From Paragordius varius (lineage: Eukaryota > Animalia > Nematomorpha), in the NCBI GenBank assembly GCA_964247055.1, contig OZ176050.1, positions 8,060,001 to 8,124,000 on the forward strand: a DNA stretch of 64,000 nucleotides, read 5' to 3'. This document shows positions 1-11,300 of this stretch, piece after piece. The stretch's first letter is position 1. Each line of letters opens with the position of its first letter. The position numbers and the translations under genes are program-made. The notes beneath the pieces were generated by a model. The model did not search any database. It had not been told where the DNA came from and saw nothing but the letters and a program-made list of their open reading frames with translations.

Positions 1-2489
1 TGTTTTCAATTTTAAACACGAAGTTTTTCTTTAAAACTAATACTTTTGTTTAACGTTTTTTTGGATTAAATAAAATTTAAAACTTTGTTTTATTATTCTG
101 CACAAATCTAAAAACATTTAGAAAAATTAAATATTACGACTTGATCTTTTTGACTATTACTAATGGTGAAAATGCGACAATTATTTTATAAACATCAAAT
201 TGATAAATTAATAGACAATCATAAATATACCTGATATTCGAATTTTAGTTTTTTGACTAGTTTAAGTGCGTTTCATAATTTACTGAAAAACCACAATTCA
301 AAGTATGGATGAAAATATAAAAAAATTGGTGTACATTTATATATCCTTATTTTTTTAAGAAAGGCAATAAAAAATAATTTATCTTTTAAAACAATGGAAT
401 AAACAACAAAAAAAGAATTTATATATTTTTTTCATTTAAAACAATACTTTTGTTTAACAAATCAATAAAACCAACAAATGTTGCGTAATTATGGTTGTAT
501 AAAATCTTTAAACTATAACTGATTTTTGTTATCAATTTGTTTGGAGAATATAAATAAGAAAAATATGGAATTGGCTTGTGTATTCCATATCAGACAATCA
601 ATAAAGGTCAAAACTTTTTGTTTTAAACCAGTGGTACTAAAGGGCCGATTACATGTCTCAAGGACCGTGCACCATAAAACACCGACTTATAAAAGTTTGA
701 CTTAAATTTTTTTAATCAACAAGAATTGGCGCCTAAATCTGCAATCAGTATTACACCCATTTTAATCGATAATATTGTTTATAAATGAAAACAAATTACC
801 TCAAATTTATATGTGAAAAAATACATATTTAAAACCGCTAAAAAGCAAATGAATTTCTACATTCATTGATTAAGAAAGATAAATTATCTTAGTCCAGAAT
901 CGTAAAGTAACACATTGCATTAAATATATTTTTATGAGGACAACAAAAGATCCAGAAATTGTGGCTATTTTGCAACTAGCTATAAAATCTAATGTAACAA
1001 GATCGCATCTAAGAATTAAAATCCCATAAATTTTTGCACTTCTGTTGAACTTTGGAATCAAAAGCCGTTATTTAAAAGAATTGAAAGGTATAAATTAAAT
1101 TAAATTTTTATTTACCCTTACTTATATTCTGTTTACTTCAAATTGAAATATATCTCCCCTGAAGATAATATTAAACCATAAACAGTATTTATGTGAAAAA
1201 GAATATAAAGATAGTGTATTCTTATCGCCGCCCTTAGCGTCAAGATTCCGTTCTTTAATTTTAATATGTCTTTATATACATGTAATCAAAAATTAAATTA
1301 TATTTTCAACGCCCATCAAATAACTGGTGCAATAATAAAAATATTAAACAAACAAAAGCTCTATATAAAATCTCCGAGTTAAATAAATTTTACACATAAT
1401 CTGAAAACAATCAATCGCAATTCAACAGGTAGCATAATAATGTGAAATATGATATGATCAGATAAATAGAAAGTTTAAAAGTTCCTCGAAATCTTTACCA
1501 TCTTTGATTGAGCAGCTCAGTCGATTTTTTTCATTTTCCGCTTATGGTGACTTTTTAGCTTATAAGATATAAATAGCCCAAATATGGTTGCTCTTTAATA
1601 TATCATTCCAAGGTATTATTAACAAATAATATAAATAAATTTATGTGTTTCTTTATTTATTTCAAACAGAAGTTTATTTTTTGAATAGCACACATTTTTT
1701 AAATGAATATAAAATTAAATTTAAATAATTTCAATATGACCTTCATTAATGAAATATTATTAAGATTGAATTTTTTAAATAACCTAAATTAGACCTTAGT
1801 TTGTAACCGGAAGCAATACCCGTTAATCAAGTTCAAACATTATAAACATTAGTACACAACAAGATTTATTTAGACATTATCTAATAATATGATTTGAATA
1901 TTTTAGCCAAAATTTGAGCTTGGCCTGTGTACAGCATGATTGCCATATAAAATATTGTCATATGTTATCCGGTTAAATTTTAAATGGTTGTTTCAAAGTC
2001 ACGGCCATTTATAATCGATTAGACCTAAAAGCATGGGCACATAATTATTTTTAAGGCAGGTTTAAATATATATAAGGGTGAAGTTAGATACTTTCTAAAG
2101 GTAGCATTATGTGGCATTTAGTAAAATTTCTTTTTTGAATAACTACGGCTTGTTTCGTTTACTATAAAATAATGTATAAAACGCCCGATTAACACACCCT
2201 TCGCTTACATACATAAAAGTATGGGGGTGATAAAACCCACATAAAACATTCAGTTTGAAAAATACGATTGATTAAAACAATGGGTGTTAACAAAAAAAAC
2301 TCTATATAAAAGGAATCGCCATTGCTTCGTAGTAATTGTAAACTTGAATCTTCACAACACCATTATATTAAATAAAATTGGAAAATGAACGATGTAACTT
2401 TTTAAGCCCCAAAATTGTATTTGTATATATATAACGCTTAGGGTTTTTTAAAGCCATTTGAATATTTATAGCTTGAAAGAGTTTTACAT

Positions 2490-3051
2490 ATGATTGATTT
2501 ACCAAAAAATTTAACTGATCTAACCAAATCAGGAGTATGGACAGTTTCATCATCGATGTCAGGTAAAAATGTATTTAATTTTAGTCAACGATATTAATAA
2601 TATGCTGGACGATAATTTAGATACATATTGGCAATCTTGTGGACCGCAGCCCCATATAATAGATGTGGCTTTCCCTCAACGCTGTAAAATAACCAAAGTT
2701 TGTCTCTACACAGACTATAAAATTGATGAAAGTTACACACCAAATAGGTTGGATAACACCTAATAATAATCTAGATTTAAAATTAAATATGGAACAAATG
2801 TAACTGATTTGGAAACGTGTTTTTATAATGAATTTTTAGAACCAAGTGGGTGGATTGTAATGAATTGCAAACCTCTTTCCAGACTACACACAAATTTAAA
2901 TTATATCAACGCCTTTCATTTACAAATAATAATTTTATCTAATCATATGAACGGAAGAGATACTCATTTGCGGCAAATAAAAATTTATGGTCTACCGATA
3001 GTTGATAACACAAAAAAATCATTTTTAGACGTAATAAAATATATAAAATGA
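2490..3051 (+). CDS. ANAPC10: Anaphase-promoting complex subunit 10 (DOC1 domain), 3 exons
   Basis: Exons 2490-2562, 2585-2747, 2775-3051; GT-AG introns of 22 nt (2563-2584) and 27 nt (2748-2774). The spliced protein has GVWTVSS, LDDNLDTYWQS, DYKIDESYTP, EPSGW and NHMNGRDTHLRQIKIY, matching APC10 motifs. Confidence 0.93.
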
Positions 3052-3063
3052 TAATTAAATTTA

Positions 3064-3960
3064 TTATGTAAACAAAGCTTGTTTATCGTTGGATCTGATC
3101 AAATAATCCATTCTCTTAACAATTTCTTCGTCCGATAATTGCAACTGCATATTTTATAAATAAAAATACTTTTTTAAGGTCAGACCAGTCAGGAAAAGTA
3201 AACAAAATTTTGAAGCTCTTAATAGCAGGAATATCCAGATAGAAATTTTCACTATATGATAGTAACAACATGCAAGGTTTATGAAAGACTTGGCAACGCG
3301 TCATAACTAAAAATTAGATTGAAATACTTGATGCCGCTAATCCTGATACAATGCTTGGTTGTTCTAAAGTTAAAATTTTTGAATCTTTAAGAGAATAAGA
3401 ATCCGTAGTAAGAGTGCGCATTACAGGCCATTCAACATTAGATGTATTATATTTTAATTGACTAGCATGCATATGCATAATTATTCCTATTTTACTATTA
3501 GAAGAATCAATATTTAATAAATTAAACAGCTAGAGATTTATACATCAACAAACCTTAGTTGTAAGAGGACAAAGAATATTGGAATCAATGTTTTCTGGTA
3601 CATGAATTATATAACAATTGGCAGATGTATAAATTTTAATGACAAGTTTCACCTAAGTTGTAATTATAATTTACTTTTACTGAATTTTTAAGATATTCAA
3701 AATTAACAGTTGTTAAGTGTTCTTTTTCTATAAAGAGGTTGGTAAAGGCTAAATGTTAAAATATGTTTTACCAATAGCGTTTGAATCTAAAGCGAATAAA
3801 AAACGGTTAAACTTTAGGTTAGTTAGTGCATTCGAATCTGTATTCACGAATCTAAAAATTATTATAAAAGATACTCATATTCGTCATCATCAGATTCATC
3901 TTCAAACTCATCTACAGCTCTCGAAGCTGGGAACCGTATATCGCCCCAATTAAATGTCAT
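3064..3960 (-). CDS. PSMG1: Proteasome assembly chaperone 1 (PAC1), 7 exons, 250 aa; missed by the ORF track
   Basis: Exons 3960-3875, 3851-3772, 3748-3681, 3652-3554, 3529-3328, 3306-3170, 3144-3064; six GT-AG introns of 23, 23, 28, 24, 21 and 25 nt, all phases compatible. N-terminus MTFNWGDIRFPASRAVDEFEDE and C-terminal LEQPSIVSGLAASIMTRCQV...KQALFT resemble PSMG1 (LEQPNIVHDLPAAVLSYCQV...QSNIYT). Confidence 0.85.
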
Positions 3961-4146
3961 ATTGTTACTTTTTTGGCAGAATTTTTTGATATAAACCAGT
4001 TACACTCACCAAAAAATAAAGGGCAAAAAAATACTTTTCTTGTCTCAAGAGGCGTAAACCAAATACCTATATATAACAAGCTATTTGACACTTTTCTCCA
4101 AATAAGTATAACGAAATAAATAATTCAGGGCCATCAAATACTTTAA

Positions 4147-4721
4147 CACTTCGATTCAAATTGAGGTATCTAAATACCCCAGACTAAATTTAAATTAATA
4201 TTTTTAATAAACTACTGAAGGAAACGGCACCAATTTAAATTTATGCTTCTATCCTAGTAAAATTAATATAAATATACCAAAATATTTTAATAAAATATGG
4301 TTTTAAAAAAAAGTTCCATGTCAAACTAATTCGACGCCATTATTTTACAAAATTTTTGCAAAATACGTCTTCATTAATTTTAAGGGTAAAATTTAAGCCT
4401 ATTTTTTATTTAAATTACATCTAACATTTATAGAAATAGGAAAACGGTTTATTTTATATTATTTTTTTATTATACTATTTCACAAATGTCACGTTAACGA
4501 AATTTTTGCCTTTCGGATTAGCCTAAAATAGGTAATTTCAAGTATTTTTGAATAATTTTTTTTTATATATTTCGGTTTAAATATGTTATATAAGTGCAAA
4601 ATTTTGCCATGGTTTCGTTTCATTCCATACATTTTAAAGTATTTGATTTTACACAGGCCTGGGGTAGCCAACTACCCCAATTTAAATCGAAGGACTAAAA
4701 TGAGTGTGTTGTATCCAAGTG
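4147..4721 (+). mobile_element. piggyBac-like MITE, copy 1 (575 bp)
   Basis: Flanked by TTAA on both sides; ends CACTT...AAGTG; inner inverted repeat CTTCGATTCAAATTGAGGTA / TACCCCAATTTAAATCGAAG. Confidence 0.75.
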
Positions 4722-5396
4722 TTAAGCCGCATGCCTGTGATTTGATTATTATTCATAAAAGGCCACAAAATGCATTTTTGGTTATATTTTAGAAAAATAT
4801 TTGTATGATGTACCCGAAAAGGCATTGAAATGTTAAAGTTTATATTTAAATATCAAACCTAATTTTCTTAACAATATAAATTGCCCCGAAATTGCGGAAA
4901 AATTTGAGGTATTTTTTTTCAAAAATAACATTAAAAATATATGTTTTGGAAACGCCAACCCCGTAAATCCAGAGAATACATGTTTGTAAATTTAAACCAA
5001 TATCATAGGTATTTTAACATAGTTCAAAATCAATCGAATGCCCAAGGAAAGATTAATAACAATACTTCACCACCTTTCCACTTTTTTGTACTAGTTTACA
5101 TTTTAGGTGTTTTATGTCCCAGATCTCAATTATAATTAACTACAGTTTTGAATGTTATTTTAGCTAAAATTTAATTAACAAATATGTTTCTCATGTATTA
5201 GATAAAATGGCTTATATTTTTTACAGTTTTGTGACTAGAGTCTAAAATTGGGATAGGTTTATAATACGATTGAAACAAACAGCTGATAAAAATATATCAA
5301 GTTTTTTCTGGTAAAATGTAGTCTAAAAGATATGGTAAATATTTACATTTCCTAACCATAGTATAGATATTTTTGCTTGTTGCATTAGCGATTTAA

Positions 5397-5794
5397 CACT
5401 TCGATTCAAATTTAGGTATCTAAATACCCCAGACTATATTTAAGTTGATATTTTAAAAAAATCTACTGAACGAAACGGTCCGAATCTAAATTTGTGTTTC
5501 TATCCTAATAAAACTATATAAATAAACCGAAATATCTAAATAAAACAGAAGTTTCTTGTCAAACTACTTGGACGCCATTTTTATTTTACATCATTTTTGC
5601 AAAATACGTGCTTATTTGATTCTAAGCCAATTAAATTTACTTTTATTAAAATCAGATTTAACATGAATATAAACAAAAAAGTGTTTTTTTTGTAATATTT
5701 TTATATTTAGCATTTGCATACATGTCATGTTGTCAATGGGTATCCAACTACCCAATTTGGATCGAAGGACTGATGAATGTGTGATATCCAAGTG
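5397..5794 (+). mobile_element. piggyBac-like MITE, copy 2 (internally deleted, 398 bp)
   Basis: TTAA-CACTTCGATTCAAAT start and ATCCAAGTG-TTAA end; collinear with copy 1. Confidence 0.75.
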
Positions 5795-6874
5795 TTAAAA
5801 AATTAACAAAAATGGCACCAAAAAAGTTTAAGATGACGATTTTTTACCCTTTTAATTTTTTTTAAAAAAATGTATAATGCGCTTAAAGGCTAATGAAACC
5901 ATATTTTTAAATTATAAATCGCTGTGGGATATAAAACCCAAAACGTAATGGACTGTTAAAAGGCATATTACACAGGATTCACAAAAAATTTTCTGATGAA
6001 ATATAACTAAATATATGATCATCATATGCTTTTGGTTTTAGCCATTACGAGTGATATAAGGAAGATATTACTACGTTTGTTTGAGGTAATTGCTCCATAT
6101 CTGAAAATGGCAAAACTTAGCAAATTATGAAACATTTGTTTTGAAAGCTATATGCATCATTTTGATTCTAAATGTATCAAAAACCAGTAAAAAGCAACAC
6201 ATTATTATAATTTAATTAAGGGTGTTGAAAGTGTCAAATTTTTGGACTTGTCCAAAATGACCAAGTTTTCTTAAACTAAACGCAAAAATGCCGATATTGC
6301 GCGATATATTGTGCTAAATTTGGATAAAGTTTTTTCCGAAAAAATGGATATCTTTTAAATTGTAGCTAAATTATGGGGAATCCTGTTTTATGGTTATTTA
6401 GAAGCATGGTGGAAACGGTAAATAACACTTTAACATCACAACGACCAAAATAAATATAATAATTAAATATATGTTTTCTGATAGATAACTGTCTCAGGAT
6501 TCTCACGGTGATTTAGGTTTTGAACCTTATGAGTGATATTATATATTAGAATAAAATATGGAAGATATTTAGCTTTCACTAAAAAATATTTATCTAGCAT
6601 AACATGCACATTAAAATTCTCTTAAAATATATATTTTTATAGATAAATGTATCAGAATTCTTGCTTTTGGACCTTACGAGTGATGCTATATGTAAAAAAT
6701 GGTATTTGCGCACACTTTGCTATTTAATTTTTCTGGTGAAAGCTAAATGCTTCCTTCCAAAAATATCAATATCATAAACTATATATAAAGAGCAAAATTT
6801 ATAAAATTTTAGATGTCGGCTCCAAAAGTTTCAAACAATAGGCTTGTTTTCTTAAAGATTTCGCGATAAGAATA

Positions 6875-7096
6875 TATACCATTTACAGTTCAAATTTACC
6901 CTTAAACAATTATGTTTTCGAACTATAACTCATTATTAATATGAAATATATCTTTATGGCATAGTTTATTATTTTTTCAGTAACATTTTAATTTTAAACA
7001 AAATTTTATTTTTAAAAATATATTGAAATATAGGTATTTTTAATTTTAAAAAACACATAATTTATTTAAGGGTGAATTTGAATTGTAAATGGTATA
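6875..7096. mobile_element. Hairpin MITE with ~45-bp terminal inverted repeats
   Basis: TATACCATTTACAGTTCAAATTTACCCTTAAAC... versus ...TTTAAGGGTGAATTTGAATTGTAAATGGTATA. Confidence 0.6.
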
Positions 7097-9598
7097 TTAA
7101 TAAGTTGTAGATTAAGACCCAAAAAAGCATTTTGAAAATGCATTTGCTTGATGATTTAACAGAAATTTGTTAAAGCGATTAGTATTTTGAAGCAGTGGAA
7201 ACGTTATGAAATAATTTAGTTTTTTACTCGTAAGGCTTTAAACCAAAAACAATATGAGACTCTTGATATGTCAGGGCTTCGAACCGGATCAAAAAAGTGG
7301 AACCGAAACCAAGCTGGTTCCTTAGGTTCCAGCTGACCCTTGAATAAAATGGCGACAATTAAAATGGTGTTAAAACACTTTAATGCATTATAAATATTTC
7401 AAAACACCAATGATGCTGAACATCATAATACTCTTGGAAATAAGGAATTTTTGAAATTTTAAAACTGGAAAATGTACATACATTGCAATTTTCTCTAGTT
7501 CTTGCCAATTGGATAGATTTATTAAGAAAAATTGTTTAGGAAATATTAATTTTATTAAATTTTGTGGGCATATTTTTATAATTTAATTTCCAAATTTTTT
7601 GCGGTCCGCACCTAAATCGGAGGGGCGCGTGTTGACCACCCCACTTATAGAAATTCTGTTTATATAGTGATATTTTTAATTTTCCGGTATAGATATCAAA
7701 ATTAAGATTCAGATATAACACATATCTAAGCATTAGTTTTACATAACCTACATATAATCGGTATAATTCTTGTAGCTAAAAATTTAGAATATAAAAATTA
7801 TATGACTTTAAGGGTTCACCTAACTCAAAATCCAATTCTCATTGACCCAGGAGCAAAGATATTCAAAGGCACCCATTATAAATTAAATCTAGATAAAAAA
7901 ACACTTTTCTACATAATTTGATATCGCTTAAAATTTGTTTTAGCATGGCTTGCAAAAAAACTAGTTCAAAGTCCATAAAATTCTGAAATTCTGGCAGCTC
8001 ATATGAAAAATTATTTAACAAATTTTTTTGTTGTTCTAAAAAATATTTTTTTAATAAATACGCCAAGCATGTTATCTAAAATCAATTTTTATGCTCTAAA
8101 TTGCGATGTTTAAATATCAAAGTTATCATAAAATGATTAAAACTTTTTAAAATAAAACAGCATCATAATAATATTTTTATGTAATATATTTTCTCCGATT
8201 TTTTGATTCCTGGTTATCATAAATAAAATAACTGCAAATAGAATTTTTGAAATGATATTATGCATGTGAAAGTTACAAATTAAATTTATAAAGACAAAAC
8301 ATAAAAACTCAGATAAATATTTTTCAAAAGAGGAGAATATCGTGTCTTAAACTAATTTGCAAAATAGGGAATAGAGATCATTATGAAACTCAAATATAAA
8401 AGTGGGAATCAAGATGCGAAAAAGCATGGTTGTTTTTAATAAAATATTTGTCTTTTAATTTTTAGGCTTTGTCTGTATAAACACAATTTTTGCTGTATAT
8501 TTTGACACCTGTTAAAATGGGCAGCCGAGATAATTCTTTGATTTATGCAAAATTATTACATCAATATTTTGTCTAAAACGAATTATTAAACTTTGTTAAA
8601 ACGTATTTAAAGGTAAAGATATAAAACATATTTTGGAGTTTAAATTAAGAATTGGTGTTAAAAACGCACAATGAAATTACATGTAAAATATTTTAAGCGC
8701 TAAAAAGGGATTGAACTGTTTTTGTAGAATCGGAAGGACCACTATTCCCAAACTCATTATAAAATGTCCAAAAACGGTTCAATCTTTATGCCTTTTATAT
8801 GTTTGTGTTTTGTGTGTAATTTTTTATATCAAAATATTGGATTATCTAGAAATTAAAAAAATGGAACCAAAATCATTTACAAAAACAATGGAACCCAAAC
8901 GATTCTATCTGCATCCGCTTTTTATAATAAAATATGTAAAATTGCAAGAGAAAAGGATAGATTTAACATCGAAAACCAAAAAAGTTTCGAAAACAGCTAA
9001 TTTTAATTTTTGGGAAATATCCATCTTATAAACATGTAAAATCAATATAAAATACAATTGCACTATGTAATTTATCTTTTAATGATGATTAATGTTATTA
9101 AAAAGATTTATTATAATTTTAAAATAACATTGTCGTTTTGATTTTAATTTAGTTTGAACGCCAGAATACACCGCCTGCTTTTAAAATTAACCATAAAAGT
9201 CGCGTAAAATGTTTTTCTAATTCAAAATAAATACCAGATTAATTTAAAAGGCTATTGCAAATTTATTAAATTTAATATAATACTTTTCTTCAAGATTTTA
9301 TGCAAACAAAAAAAATAAATACTCAGAAATAAATTCAAACACTCAATATTTAAACATTTGAAATATAATGTTTTTTGTTTAAATGGCAATTAAATCTTGA
9401 AATCTTCGCATTGTCAGGCATGCTTATTTTTTATTTAATCTTTAGTATTCATCAAATATGCAAGGAGACCTTAGTCCCAAATCACCACATATAGTGATTC
9501 ATAATGAACCCAATGATATCGGAAAAAGGTAATTATCATTTTATAATAATCAATGGCATGATATATAAATAAAACAGAATAAATGATTACGTTATAGA

Positions 9599-10169
9599 TT
9601 ACTCAGCAGGTATAAAATTATAATAATAATTTATGGTAAATTCTGTCATACAATGTTGGGTACATTCAGTGAGATTTTCATCTGAAACCTTACACGGTGA
9701 ACCGGAATAACTTTTAAATGAATCTATAACAGCTTCCGGGGGTACTACAGTGTTATCTTCTATGCGTGAACATTCTTTTATCACTGCTTTGCGAGCTGTA
9801 ACTATAAATCAATTTTTTACCTATAACACAATTTTTGCCAATATAAACATATGGGCCAATTTGAGCAGCGTTTATAATAGAATTTTCTCCAATAAATACA
9901 TTATTTCCAATGTAAAGTGGAAAAAATGCCACACCTTTCTCATATTTTTTGAATGGAGGTCTTAACACGACACCTTTTGATATTATTGAATATTCTCCGA
10001 TGCGAATCGCAGACAAATCACCTCGTAACATGGAATCATTTTCAATGATCACTTTTCCTAGTAAAACAATATTTTTCACTCCAGATAATATAGATTTTCG
10101 ACTAACCTTATTACCAGATTGTGTAATAATAAAGTCGCTTGGTTGATAAAATTTAAAATTCAAATCCAT
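9599..10169 (-). CDS. DCTN5: Dynactin subunit 5 (p25), 2 exons
   Basis: Exons 10169-9821 and 9795-9599; 25-nt intron at 9796-9820 (alternative acceptor gives 19 nt). Motifs SGNKVSRKS, LRGDL, RPPFKK, GVAFFPL, NAAQIG and EDNTVVPPE. Confidence 0.93.
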
Positions 10170-11268
10170 AAATTTTACATATTCAGTAATACATATGATA
10201 TAACTTATTTAAAAAATTTTAAAACTCAAGCGGCTTCTAAAAATTATATAGTTAGCTAAAAATCTATTGAGACATTAAAGTAAAGTTTCATGTTATTAAA
10301 ATAATTTATAATTTTGCAACACAATCTTTTAGTTATGAGTGTCTAGGATGATCTGTGATACTCATCAAAAAATTTAAAGGACAGTAAAAAATATTTATCT
10401 TGCACAAGAGCGGTTTATTATTTAATGCCGATAAAGCTTTTATATCATACTACTTCTAGATATTTATGTTTGAAATGAAAACATGAAAATATAAGTAATT
10501 TGGAGCCAGAAAAAAGCATATTCAGGGCCGCATGCAGCTTGTGATCCCGGTTTTTGGTACGACTAGTCTAGGTCATTTTATTGATTCGGTTCCTTTTATT
10601 CAAGATAAATGGCTATCCAAAGGAAATTCTTCAAGAAAACTTATAATTATTTTGACCTTAATCGTAAATAACTATATACCAACTCCGAAAGATTCTTATT
10701 TTGTTTTTTATAATATTTAACTATTGGTGGTTAGATAATTTTTAATTTGATGTTATGAGACACCAAATTACAATAAGTTTATTATAATTTAAAAGGATAA
10801 ATTTCAAACTTAAAAACTCCTTGGAACAGCTGTTTGATTTCAAATCAGCTTTCAATAAAATGATAATTTATAATGTAAAAATTTATTTATATTAGCCAAA
10901 CCTCCCACATAAAAAACAGTATAAAGCTCGGGGCGAAACGCTATTCAACATCCAACCGTTCTTAATAGGTAGTAAGGGAGTGTTAAAGCATATATGCTAT
11001 TTTTGAAAAAATAAATATGTATGTATAATTTAAATTTTTTACTCAATCGCCGTTTTGCTTGTATTTAGGGCAGTACCAAATAGATTACTGATTTAGAAAA
11101 ATAAAACGTATTTTGCCTTTCAAATATATTTTATAATAATATATATTAACAACTATATAATGAAGCCAAATAATAAATAATTTATAGATAGCCTAATGGC
11201 CGTCAAATATTTTGTTTTAATTTTGATTAATCGCATAGGATGATACATTTTATAATGACTCGTAAGCA

Positions 11269-11300
<32 letters not shown>

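Noticed and set aside
850-2460. Possible gene upstream of or divergent from APC10
   Set aside because: I could not assemble a phase-consistent, recognisable protein on either strand.
4147-5794. Repeated palindromic motifs as a possible CRISPR array
   Set aside because: They are dispersed TTAA-flanked MITE ends, not regularly spaced repeats with unique spacers; no cas genes and a eukaryotic context.
8858-9000. Frame KNGTKIIYKNNGTQTILSA resembling the SAS-4/CENPJ TCP repeat
   Set aside because: Only ~19 residues match, the similarity does not extend, and splice context is unclear.
2490-10169. Stop-codon reassignment as the explanation for interrupted ORFs
   Set aside because: All interruptions resolve with GT-AG introns, and TAA/TGA terminate proteins at their homologous C-termini (for example SSMS-TGA).
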